Source: Takakia lepidozioides
Lineage: Eukaryota; Plantae; Bryophyta
DNA: 64,000 bases
Assembly (NCBI GenBank): GCA_030704615.1
Contig: CM060734.1
Span: 15,190,001 to 15,254,000, forward strand
Direction: 5' to 3'
The stretch's first letter is position 1; each line of letters starts with the position of its first letter. The notes beneath the pieces are model-generated. The model was not told the DNA's origin. It made no database searches and saw nothing but the letters and a program-made list of their open reading frames with translations. Below, piece after piece: positions 47,370 to 59,950 of this stretch. Position numbers and translations under genes: made by a program.

Positions 47370-49620
47370 CTCACAGGCAAAGTCGGAGTCTAGCTCCTTG
47401 TCGGACATCTCCCCTGTATCAATAACACCGAGAAGGGGCTCAGGAAGGACTTGAGAAGTTTGTCCACCCAAACCCATCAGGAGGTTCTTGTAAATTTCGG
47501 CATCCCCTTCAATCCCGAAGAGATGTCGCGCACTGGCCTTGCAAGCGTGGTACGAAGCACCTGCAATGGAATAGAATGAAGGAAACAGACATTGAAGACT
47601 CATTTGGAACGGTGGGAAGTGCTGAAAGTGCAAGCTCAAACAAACCCGATCAAATGTGAAGGATGAAGAGACAAACCTGTGCCCATTGACAAATCCAAAA
47701 CTCTGGCGTTGGTGTAGGTGCAGCACTCCACAATCGTTTGAGTGAAAGCCGGACTCCTCTCCCTGGCCCCTCTCCAAGGAACCCCATTCCCCCTTCGCAA
47801 GCACACGTTGTTGTCCACGTAGTTGTGGTGCATGTCATCCGTGGGAGGATCTGTCCTCTCGTCTATGAACTTGCCCCCATGAGTGATGGCGAACTCCCTA
47901 ATAACGGCTGGAGTCGTAGGTGGATGCACTCGGACGAGACAAACAGCTTCAAATAGACGAGTCTGCGAACATGACATCCACAAGGCACTAAGAAGCTTGA
48001 AAACCAAGCCCCTCCATATTCCTTTGAGCGACTTATGCAACTCCATCCGAGAACCACCAAGAAGAGGAATAAGAAGGCAGATTTACCATCTCTCCCGGAC
48101 GATCCCCCTTCGTCAGGTACATGTTGTTCACACAATTCCATGTCTTCACGACCCTCATACTGGAGGCTTTCAAATAGCTGGCAAGTGCACGGCGACAGAG
48201 AAGGCGATGGACTGGATGAGCACCAAAACACCTGCATCGGACAGAAAGAAATTGCAAAAGGAGAAAACCCACCGCCAGTAGCGCTCATCAAAAGCATTCC
48301 AACCTGGACAAGCACCCGCTGGAGGGACATCCGGGACTGGCAACCCATCAGGGATGTCCAAGATGATGAGTTTGGCTGCATATGGCTTCTCCTTCCCGTT
48401 CACCCAGGATTTGGTCATTTTAGCCTGCAAACAAGCATGCAATGGAATGCTCAAGAGGATTGAAACGAGCCATGCCCACAACACACAAGAAGCAAAAGAC
48501 AACACACACCGTGCCGAGGAACTCCACAATCCTCTCCCACACTGGTGATGGATCGCCCTTGTAATCAGATTTCTTGGACTCCATCATGGCAAGGAATTCG
48601 ACGTTGGCCATCTCCAACCTGGTAGGGAAAATGACCCTCGTGGGATGCTCCACTGCATGGTACGGGTCCTTAGGTTCAACCACCCCCTTGTTCTTTCTCC
48701 CAGATCCCCTACCATGCGGTGGAGTCTCTTTGGTCGGCTGGACATCCGCTGCAGGGCTAGTTTCTGCAACACTTCCCTGCCCACCTACCTGCCCCTACGC
48801 TCCCTTCCCCCTACCCCTTGCTTTCCCCCCACCAACAACAACATCCTTTTCCTTTGCCTTTCTACCTTTACCCGGGGTATCCTGAGCTCATTCTCTGCAA
48901 GTGTCCTCAAATTTCTATCATGAATCTCGAGGTCGGCAGCTGCGGCGGTGGCTGCTACATGCTCATTCTCTCTCCTCAAAGACACCTCCTGCGCTGGGGT
49001 CTCAGAAACAGGGCAATCCAAATACCAACCACAGGCAAAAAGATGGTCTGGGCCCCAGTCCTTCAAGATCCCTGTAGTAAACATGGTCTGGTTGCCAGCA
49101 GGAACAAGCCACAGGTCCATGAAATCAGGATGTTTGTCCAAGCAGTTCTCTGCCATGAGAACATACTTTATGGTACCTGCAATGCAACTATTGTCTCCTA
49201 GCTTTTCTACCACATCACGAAGACCCCCAAAAAGAGTATGCGGCACCGCACACAAAATAGCCTGAAGGGCCTAGGGTGTGCACGTTGATGTTACTACACA
49301 CGGATAGAACAAATAAGTGTGCGGCACCGCACACTCATATGAGTCAGCACAAAACAGGTTGGATGGAGGAGAGTGTGTCTTTGCAAAACAAAGAAGCATA
49401 GTCCATTTCGCACCTGTAAAGGCATCGTTAGGCTTCCTCTCCTTTCTCTTGCTGGTCAAGCTCATTTATTCGACTGATGCCACCCTCCTTGTTGAACTCC
49501 CTGAAGAAACAAGATTGCCACACTGTGGCTCTCCATTTCCGCATGTATGCTTGGAAGGTGACCTTCGGTGCTGTCATGGTGATGCCATAGTCAGCCAGCT
49601 GCGTATATAGAACAGACTGG
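47370..49620 (-). pseudogene. Spliced beta-class DNA amino-methyltransferase-like gene (N4-cytosine/N6-adenine family), probably transposon-borne; cut upstream by the PLE
   Basis: Motif IV-like KLIILDIPDG (DIPD 48358-48347), FLSDAGVLVL, motif X RERSPAFTQTIVECCT, motif I VLDLSMGTG^AS split by a GT-AG intron (47676-47561), motif II RHLFGIEGD. Motif IV precedes motif I, which is the beta order. Frameshift near 48200. Confidence 0.68.
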
Positions 49621-50979
49621 GCCCTTTCCTCCAACTGCAAAACAATTCGAATGCAAGAATGAACCAGAAAACAATCACAGCCAATGGAACATGGAAAGAG
49701 AACGACAGAAAGCGAAAAGAAAGTGACACAACAAATGACATCATACCTGGCTCCAGTAAGTGGCCTTGTGAAGCCATGTATATATTACATATACCTTATA
49801 ATTATGTGCTGCGACGGTAAGAGAGACCAATTCATTCACCAAACCACACTAGGCTACGGAGAAGTGATCACTCTTCTGCAGCGGGACACCTGGCGTGGGG
49901 CTCAGCCAGATTCTCTTTGAACACAAACGAGCCATGCCCACTTCCCGTGCTGGTGGCGTCCAACAGATCGTCTCCAACAGAACACAATCAGAGTAGAAGC
50001 GTTCACAGATAGAGAATGGCTCATACACAAAGAGAGAGCAACATGTAATCTGTAGATAAATAGGGATAGAGTACTTCCCAACAAGGAGTAAAAGCGCCGC
50101 TGCAAAATAAAGAACCATGCGTTTCTGATCAAAGCGATCACCGCTTTGTCGTCTGCCAGAGAAGAATCTGTTTAACCACCAATGCGCATCCCAAGAGCCA
50201 GCCATCACGAGTACCATGTAGCAGCAGGGGAGCAGGTTTATACGACGCATCATCAAGGTTCACTGAAGCACGAGTTCAGTGCTGTGAAGTGTGTCGGCCT
50301 GCTTAGGGCAAAACTTCCCGATTTTTCATCCAGGGTGGATGAAAAATCACATTTTACCAAGAGAGGCACCTTGTCAATGGATGACATCCCATAGAAATGT
50401 ATCTTTTAGGGTTATGGTATAGGCTTAGGTTTAATAACTGCCATCATTTATGATGGTAGTTTTATTATTCTCTTGGATTTTATAATAGGTAACCATTATT
50501 TATGTAGATCATCCAGTTTAGATGAAAGAAATAGATGGTAAATCCAGCTTTCTGTACATTAAGTTTCATCACCCTATAATAAAATAATCCAAATTTGGAT
50601 GAAAAAGGCTGGGATGAAAAACTAAATAACCTCAAAAGGTTAAGGTCAGATGAAATCCAAAGAGTTATAGAGGGAGGGGGAGAGAGGGAGAGAGAGGGAC
50701 CCACCAGCCAATCCCCTGGCATGGCAGAACCTTACGGAGTGAGTGTGGTATGCACTCACCCCGTAAGGGAGTGCATACCAGACCTCTTCTCATAAGGTTT
50801 TCCCTCTTCCATATAGTTCTATCCTCAGATTATATTATCCAAAAGAGTAGAATCCTACATCCTCACTTCCTCGGATCAAGAATGAAACGATGGCATAAAA
50901 TGTATCATAGCAAAACTAGTATAGTATCACTAGAAAAGAACGGAGAGTTCAATGGTATAACTTAGCTCTGTATAAGTTT

Positions 50980-53458
50980 TTAGAAAGTACCTTTCAGTTT
51001 CTCAATAAGCTCTTGTACAGGGAAGAGCAGGCCAGGGAATGAACCACGTTCAAGGAATTTTGTCAAGATACGAGCAAGTTTTCTGGTCTTGAAACCATTC
51101 CTCCCAAGAGTGTTAATCAGAATGCTACACTCCTTCCCAGCCAAATCAGCATTGCTGGAAATGTATAGAATAGGCACAGCTTGTGAAATCACAATGTTAT
51201 AAGATTGATTCACAGGCCTATTGGATAAGAACTGGATATATTGAGTGTAAGAGAAAGGAAGTAGTCTTCTCTTGTCATATTTCTGGAAATGGAACTCACC
51301 TGTGTCACTGTTTGAGACTGTAATCTGGATATTCATGAAACAAGCTTCCAACCCCACATATTGGGAATCGGTTTTAGTGCGTAGTAGCTCAGGTTTGATC
51401 TCCACTACATTGAGTGGGTAGATCCACCAAGGGTTGTTGCTGCTTCTGTCTGCCCAGGGGTCCAGGAATAACATTGCATCATCCACATTTAGCCAGCATA
51501 TATCATCAATGTATCTGAAGGCAGATTTAAACATAGGCATAAGCTGGAATTGTCCTAAAGCTGCAAGCCTTAAGATGAATTTGATTTCATAAGAAAGGAA
51601 GTACATGTTGCACCATAATGGTGAGCATGAAAAACCCATAGGTATTCCAGAAATCTGCTGCCACACACGGTCCCCTAAGGCGACAAAACAGTGTGACATA
51701 AGCCATTTGTGGAGCATAAGTAGCTTGACTTCAGAAAGTTCAATACAGGTACCTGATTTTGGGAAAGACGTGCCCCATCTACTTTTTCCGAAAGTACCGT
51801 TTTTGGCTGGAATCCATAGAGTATGACGTGCTCGGGGGTGAGACCGATGGTGTTGCTGGAATGCAATCTTCACCACGTATTCAATGGCGTCCCCTAAGTT
51901 ATCTTGTCCTGTCAAAGGTATGTTCTCGTAGCATTGTGTAATGTCAGCAACAAAGATGTTATGGACTTTTTCAGGCAGGTTTAGTGTAAAGTCAGTGATG
52001 GAGTCAATAATCCAATACATAGCAGTAGATACTTTGAAAAATTGCTCATAAGTATCCAGCCTTGTCTTGGCCCATTCTTTTACCAATGGTAGAAGATCCA
52101 TGGTAGCCCTTGTAAGAAGGCTAGCTAGTTCACTGAAAACACATTTATGGGCATTGGTAATCCATCTGTATTTTTTCTTATGTAGCTTGTAGATTCCCAT
52201 AATGTAAGGTAGTCTATAGGAGGGAGCAGGTATCTCCGGAATCAGACTCTGTATTTCCACGGAAATGTTTCCTAGAACAAGGTCAGGTGGCAGCCATACC
52301 TCAGCTTGCTTGCACGGTGTAAAGTCTTTACCCATCAATCTGTGGAAGGCTTGAGTTCTTATGTGCTTTACACACATAAAACATACGTTGTTGTTAGCCT
52401 TGTCAAGACCAGAAAAATACAGGTGATTGAGAAGCCATGAAAGTTCATCTTTTGCCTCTTTTACAATAAGAGGATTGCGCTCATGGTGAGTGAAGTCGTA
52501 CCTTCCTCTGCCGGCTTTTTGTTTCAATCTATCCCAGCATGTGTTTTTTACCCATTGGCTGCAGGTTGCGGCCCAAGATTCACATGGGTCTACATGTAAA
52601 ATTTCACAGGTTTTGTGGAAAGCCCAAAGACACTTGTTCAACAACGTCTTTCAGCAAAGTACGTTTGAGAGGGATGTGATTCATACCTAGGCTGAATAGT
52701 TCTTTCAGCCTTGCGTGTCTAATAATATTCAGGTCCATGGTACGTACGTGTTGCATAGGTGTAGAACCAGATAGATGGAATTCTGTTTTTGTATCCACAT
52801 CCCGAAAATCATGAAACCTCTTGGCACTGTCACATAGACAATCTGGTGAGTGAATCAGGTCTTGCATAAAGCAAAAATCACGGAAAACAGCAGCAGGCTG
52901 ATAGTATTCAGAGCTGCTTTGTTTATGATATGTCCATCCAAAAACTATCTCATCGATGAGAATAGCCAAGTCATTTTGTCGAAATTCCAAAAAAGCTTCT
53001 TTTATCAAGTTCCTAGGGTTTATCCACTCCATACCACGGTTTGGGTACAACATATGAATGAATCCCAAGGGAGCAGGTTTTGCTGCCTGTTTTATGAATT
53101 TCCTGCCATGGGCATGAGTTTCAATTTTTCTGCAACCATCCTCAAGACCAAACAACGCATCTGCACATACAAAGTAGAGGAACATACCAAAAATGAGATT
53201 TTTAAAGATCTGTCCATGATCCAAAATCTCGTTTGCGTATTGGGGAGAACTCGTCAGTGATACGACGAGTCTTGTATGACTCCTGGCTGGCGATGTTGAT
53301 GGTGGTACTGGAATTAGCACCCGAACCCCCAAGTGATGACCGATTCGTTGCTCTTGAATTCTCAGAGGTGTTGGTAGAGTATTGTCCCCTGCCAAAGCGT
53401 CCTCCTCTTTGGTAGAGACCTCTTCCACGACCAGGGGTGCCTCTGCCTCGAGTGGCAT
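50980..53458 (-). pseudogene. PLE reverse transcriptase ORF2, copy B (frameshift at ~52625; catalytic motifs intact)
   Basis: GLDKANNN, VADITQCYENIP, GIPMGFSCSP, FRYIDD. Ends ELIEKLKGTF* with no endonuclease. Confidence 0.88.
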
Positions 53459-54835
53459 TGTTCTTGCCTTGTTGAGGAGGCGTCGGTCCCTCCATACGCT
53501 GCCGTTTGTAGCTATTGAATTGTGGCCTGGGAAGGCTGTCTGAAAAAGACCCGGGTTTCACAAGTTTCTCAATGTATCTGGCCCCCTTGGATTCTCCTAA
53601 CTTCCCAAGCAACTTGGCTTGTGGGTCAATTGAGAATTCACAAGCTGCTTCCATTATGAAGCCCCGGGTCATCTGGAAGGTAATTTGTGCAAGTACAACA
53701 CATCTGGCAGCCCGCATGATCCACACCAGAAAGCTGTAATACTTGGTTTGCACCAAAGGATAGGCATCATCAGGGAAGAACACAATCAGATTGTTCAGCA
53801 TATACCATACCATATGGTCAAACCAAGCAACACTCCCAATGCAAGAAGAGGGTGCCCCTCCTTGTCCACAGTTACATCTTATGTAGGGACGATGCCAGTT
53901 GAAGAGTCGACTCTTGTGATTTTTGGATCTGGCCGAACCAGTCGGCAAGTCATTTTTGGTCCTCAAGGTAAGGTTCTCACCTTTGTCACAGAGCTTGTAG
54001 TAGAAGGTCCTTAGTGGCCATGCCACAACAATAGGTTCCTTTTTTATTCTCTGAAAACCCTCCTTAGCATCCTGTGCACATCTACTGCGTTCAGCAGGAG
54101 TTATGTTGCCCCATTTGACCCACATTTCAATAGAAATGGGTGCCAATAAATTGATATTAGCATGTGGGTGCCACATCATGTGGTCGTTATTGGCAACCTC
54201 TAATTCAACTGCACGGGGAGGCAACCAAGGGACAAACTGCAGATTTCCAGGAGTGGCACCTGTTGCCCTTTCTTGTTCCACTTGTGAGATTTCTACTTGT
54301 TCACAGAATTCTCTCACTGCCTCTTTTTCTTCATCCGGTAAAATCATGTGCCCAAGGATTGGGTGATTACTTACAGAAGGGATGAAGTCTTTTTCAGATG
54401 TGTTTGTAGATTTCTGCGTGGAGACAGTCTGGTCATCTTCTGGGTTCGCCATTCTAAGAGCTGCCTCAATGGCTGACCCTTCTTTTCCCATTGTATCAGC
54501 TCCTCGGCATCATCTTCCAGTACCTCAATCATTTTAGTATTGAATTCCTGGAGCTTCTCCAGGTACCTGCCATTCTTATTTGCCATGATGCCAAGTGCCA
54601 CCCAATTTTCCAAAGCCAAGGTTTCAAGTAATAACACGGGGTTTTCATCACCTGAATTTTCCATGGCCTCAGTATCCATCTTTTGCAATGCAGCATGGAA
54701 GTCACTTGGTGTGACTTGTGCGAGGGTTGCCTGCACAGCAGGAATTGGAGGAGGTAGTGGGGACTGACACCCCAGGGTCCTCATTCCAGCTAGGACCTCC
54801 TTTGGTGACTTTCTGTCAAAGCCCCCCGAGAACAT
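53202..54835 (-). CDS. PLE ORF1, full length (one frameshift at ~54490)
   Basis: ATG at 54835 shortly after the pLTR end; joins the 429-aa ORF 54491..53202. Confidence 0.68.
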
Positions 54836-56701
54836 TTGTCAATATATCAAAATGAGAAGGTGAAAACGAGAAGGGTAAGGGTAGATGGTGTGTACAAAAA
54901 CCACTAAGTACACTGATCAAATAAAGAGAGGGAAGATATACATGTCATGTCAAGACATGGACAAGACCGCTAAGGTCATTGTCATTGAAAGACAAAACAG
55001 CCCTTTACAAGGCACCATCTAACATTCCCTTTCATGTTTACAATCTCATTTGAATACCCCGTTACATTTCAGGGTCTCTGAAAAAACAGGGCGGGAGGGT
55101 GGGATTCCAGGTCATTCATATCATGAAAGCACCATAGTATGCATCATCATCTCAAAAATTCATTTCAAACTCATTTCAAAAACCAGATTGCAGGTTTGGT
55201 TTGAAGATGATGTTTTAGAACCAAGATATAAGCAAGATTCTTAAAAAAGAAAGAAGAAACAAAAGGGTAGAGCCCCCTTAAGCAGGTATAGGCCTAGAAT
55301 GGTATTTTAAGGCCTCATAAAATAGTTCTGCCAAGGTGAAAGAGCAGCTCAAAAACCCCTGTTTGTTATCAAGCCATGAAACCAAAATGATATGAGGGCC
55401 TTGAAGAATGTGTGTTATCTATCAAAGACTATCCTTTTGATCCATCAGAGTCATACCAAGAAGTTTCATTTCAGAGCCAAGTATCAAGGTAGTTAGAGTA
55501 ATAACTGCTATTTTGTATCATTGTATCCTTCATAGCTTAACTCCTACACATGCAAATGTGGTTGTAAAAAACGAGAAACAGTGGTAAGGAGAGAAGCAGA
55601 TCCTCATTGGAGCCATCTTGGAGCAGGTCAGAAGCGGTATGGTGGCAGTTTGAAACAGTAGATGGCATCAGCAGCATAGGCAACAGCAGAATCCACATTT
55701 GCAAGAACAGGAGCTGCAAGCTTTCAGGAAATCAAGACAAGTGAAGACCCTCACCTGTGCCCGTCCCAAAAACCACCACATAGCGATGTGTGTTAGTGAG
55801 GATGCAGCAGGTAAATGGCAGGTCTTCACAGTTGCTATCCATGTCAGTGTTGAATTCTAAAGCAAGTACAGATCACAATTCAAGCAAGGGTAAACTCAAA
55901 AAACCTTGAGTATTTGTGGTATGCCCTGCGCCATGGCGTCCAACAGATCGTCTCCAACAGAACGAAATCAGAGTAGAAGCGTTCACAGATAGAGAATGGC
56001 TCATACACAAAGAGAGAGCAACATGTAATCTGTAGATAAATAGGGATAGAGTACTTCCCAACAAGGAGTAAAAGCGCCGCTGCAAAATAAAGAACCATGA
56101 GTTTTTGATCAAAGCGATCACCGCTTTGTCGTCTGCCAGAGAAGAATCTGTTTAACCACCAATGCGCATCCCAAGAGCCAGCCATCACGAGTACCATGTA
56201 GCAGCAGGGGAGCAGGTTTATACGGCGCATCATCAAGGTTCACTGAAGCACGAGTTCAGTGCTGTGAAGTGTGTCGGCCTGCTTAGGGCAAAACTTCCCG
56301 ATTTTTCATCCAGGGTGGATGAAAAATCACATTTTACCAAGAGAGGCACCTTGTCAATGGATGACATCCCATAGAAATGTATCTTTTAGGGTTATGGTAT
56401 AGGCTTAGGTTTAATAACTGCCATCATTTATGATGGTAGTTTTATTATTCTCTTGGATTTTATAATAGGTAACCATTATTTATGTAGATCATCCAGTTTA
56501 GATGAAAGAAATAGATGGTAAATCCAGCTTTCTGTACATTAAGTTTCATCACCCTATAATAAAATAATCCAAATTTGGATGAAAAAGGCTGGGATGAAAA
56601 AGGCTGGGATGAAAAACTAAATAACCTCAAAAGGTTAAGGTCAGATGAAATCCAAAGAGTTATAGAGGGAGAGGAGAGAGGGAGAGAGAGGGCAACAAAG
56701 G

Positions 56702-56796
56702 AAAAAAAAAAAAAGGTGGGGGGGGGGGACTGACTGAGCAGCAGCAGCAGCTGCTCAGTCACTCCCCCCCCCCCCACCTTTTTTTTTTTTTTTTTT
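56702..56796. repeat. Near-perfect palindrome: A13-GGT-G11..TGACTGAGCAGC loop GCTGCTCAGTCA..C12-ACC-T18
   Basis: Read directly from the sequence. A half-site also occurs at ~26416-26465 and ~56995-57016. Confidence 0.85.
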
Positions 56797-57159
56797 GGTT
56801 TCCTGATCTCTCGCTCTCTCTCCCTCTCTTTAATGCTGCTCACAAAACAAAACAAACTAGAGAGGGAGAGACGAGGCAAGAAGTTAAAAAGAGAGAGTGG
56901 GAGGGACAGAGACAAAAGAGAGGGATAGAGTGGGAGGGAGAGGGAGAGGGAGAGAGGGAGAGAGGGGGCAACAAAGAAAAATAAATAAATAATGTGGAGG
57001 GGGGAGTGACTGAGCATTTATTTATTTATTATTTTTGGTTTCCTGATCTCTCCCTCTCTGTCCCTCTCTGTCCCTCTCTTTTGTGCTGCTTAAAAAATAA
57101 AATAAAATAAGAGAGAGAGAGAGAGAGGGGGCAAAAAAGTTAAAAAGAGAGAGGGAGAG

Positions 57160-59950
57160 GGAAGACACTGATGTCATGTCAAGACATGGACAAGACCCAC
57201 TAGGGTCATTGTCAATTAAAGACATAAACAGCCCATAAACATGGCACCATCTAACACTTCCATTCCTGTCATGACTTCCCAATTGATTTCACCAATCATT
57301 CATGATAACACAGGGTGGGAGGGCGGGGTTTGTTTATGTATAGGTCATGACAACAAGACAAGCATATAAGCAAGCATCTTGTGTACTGGAAAATCAGATT
57401 GCTGTCGCATGTTCAAATTCCTGTAAGTAACCCAAGACATGCACCATGCAAGGCTCCTTGGGTAGGTAAGAACAGCCTGCCCTGCTACAGATTCAAGGTA
57501 TGTTCATACAAGCACCTTGAAGGACCAGCCTGCAATTTACCAAATTTCAAACATGCAACCAAGTAATCTTTTTGGGTTAGGATGTATGGGGCTTCGAGGC
57601 GTAATGTACGGAACTCCCCGGAGGTGTAGTATGGACCGTAGTAGCATGACAAAATATATTGCAACTTCACTCTTTGCCATTTGTAAGTACCCCAAGACAT
57701 GCATCATGCAAGGCTCCTTGGGTAGGTAAGAACAGCCTGTTCTACTACAGATTCAGGATATGTTCATACAAGTACCTTGAAGGACCAGCCTGCAATTAAT
57801 CAGATTTCAAGCATGCAACCAAGTAAACTTCTTGGGCAAGACAAACCATATTGCAGCTTCACACTTGGCCAATTGTAAGTACCCCAAGACATGCATCGTA
57901 CAAGGCCTCTTGGGTAGGTAAGAACAGCCTGCCATTGTACAGATTCAAGACCTGTGTATACAAGCATCTTGATGGACCAGCCTGCAGTTTATCAGACTCC
58001 AAACATGCATGACAAGACAGACTGCAACTTCATTCTACACCATGTACCGTTGCCCCAAGATATGCATCATGTAAGGCATTTTGGCATGGAAGAAAGGCCT
58101 GCCATGTTACAGCATCAAGATATGGACACACATACATCACTACAACAGATTGCAGTAGTTATGACTGCCAACCCGCGGTAGTCATGGTTTTCCTGACTTT
58201 GACTATGACTGCACCATGTTTTTAATATGAAATTGACCTCCCGCAGTCGTTTGTACGACTATAGTCGTTCATACGACTGTAGTCATATGAACGACTATCT
58301 AAGTAGTCGTCTATATGACTATATCACTCCGGAATGGGCAGAAGGCTGGTCAACGACAATTGACCAGATTTAGCTCACCACTCATAGTCATTTCCATGAC
58401 TACAGTGCACATGGATGAGGTTACATAGTCATGAGGACTACTGGGGATTTTGTAATTTGGTGTGTATAATACAATTAAAACACCATATGATCACATGAAT
58501 GAACAATGGGTGTATTGGTTAGTAGGTAGTGAACTATAAATCTTATATCAAAGAGGTTGTAGGTTCAAACTCCTCTAAGTACAATCAAATAGATATGATG
58601 GCCCTAGGATTAGTAGGCGAGCTAGGGATAGCACGTGACACACTAGATGGGTTGCCACGTGGTTTATTATTATTATTATTATTATAAAATTGCATTATGC
58701 CACGTGGTGCAATGCGGACTGACGTGGCGTCATACATTATTTAAAAATAATAATAATAATAATCAATTGCGCCTCGCCACGTGGCGCGGCAGCGGCGACT
58801 GCAGTATGGTATATATGACTGCAGTGAGAGATATCACTTGGTTCATCTGACTGTAGTCATCTGGACCGTACCATCCTATACTCATTGTATTCACTTGGTT
58901 TGCACGACTTACAGTCATAGAAGTCATATATACCGTTTATGACTGCAGAATAGTTATATATACAGTGATAAATACCGCGATTTGTTGTAGTGCATTTTGA
59001 GTGCCTGAGACCAAGCCCACTTGGCCAAAATAAATCATACAATGCAGGTGGTTGTTCTGATGGCAAAATGAGGCAAATAATCACTGGCAATAGTCCATTA
59101 GAGCTTACCACCATTGTTTTCCAAGAGGCTAATGTCAAGTTTTGCAAGTAGAACCTCACTATACTCCATTCCACATCAGATCCAGGCTTGAAAGAGGCCT
59201 GTCATTGCCTTATTAGGCTGCCATCTTTAAAAAAACCAGGCCTCCTCTTCCTTAGAATCTAACAGCCATTGATGCCTTTACCCTTAAAACATCATTCCTC
59301 TTTGTACCTAGTCTAAGATTCCACAGGCAATGCTGTCAAAGATTCAAGACAGGATAAGATTCAGATGTTGTGCTTCAAGAGACAGGCCTGCCAGGCCGAA
59401 ATGCTCCATCAACGGCAGCAAAACATAAGTCGAAAGTAAGCATCAACATGTCAAACCGGGAGCAAGCGGGCCGAAATCGGGGCTGCAGGCACCAGCCAAG
59501 TCACGACGTCACATAGGGTATGTTCATTTTGCTCACATCCTCATCTGCAAGCTCAAGAGAATTCAAAGCAAGTAGGGATCCTCACTTGGTCCCATCACAA
59601 GCCCCCACAAAAACCAACGGGTTAGTGAGGATTGTGGAACCCCAGGTGAATCACAGACCCCTACACTTGTCATCGATGTCAATTAAGAACCTCAAAAGCA
59701 AGAGAGAAAAACATGAAGTAAAAGGAACCCTAATCACCAAAAGCACCTTGAGCGATTGGGGAAGGTAACTGTGCGCCATCGCCACCAGCAAGCCACCTCC
59801 AGCACAACTAAGGAGAAACGAAGCATACAAGCAACCTTGCTAGGCTTAAGAAGGGAGAGAGAGAGATATACTTCCCCACACAAGCGCCGCTGCGAAACAT
59901 AAAAGCCAGAGGAGGGAAAGAGACGATGTCATCACAACGGGGTCTCCCGC
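57160..59950 (-). repeat. Second divergent pseudo-LTR relative, interrupted by a CACTA and containing a 170-260 bp tandem repeat (57423-58100)
   Basis: atgtcatgtcaagacatggacaagacc (~57171), cctcac...gttagtgaggat (~59580-59632), agcgccgctgc.aaa (~59883). Repeat marker ccaagacatgca.catgcaagg near 57430, 57690, 57885 and 58055. Confidence 0.65.
58138..58992. mobile_element. Complete non-autonomous CACTA element (855 bp)
   Basis: TIRs CACTACAACA.AT.GC.GTA.TTAT.ACTG at both ends, 3-bp TSD CAT (58135-58137 and 58993-58995), subterminal atgact/agtcat repeats. Confidence 0.92.

Larger units (their letters stand above)
49954..56692 (-). mobile_element. Penelope-like element copy B with 5' pseudo-LTR (54925-56692) and partial 3' pseudo-LTR (49954-50698)
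   Basis: Direct terminal repeats derived from the element's 3' end flank ORF1 and ORF2, the partial-tandem PLE structure. Confidence 0.88.

Noticed and set aside
19114-56692. Single giant element bounded by the inverted PLE copies
   Set aside because: The copies have different truncation points and independent junctions, there is no shared TSD, and the PPR inversion centre (~40540) does not match their midpoint.
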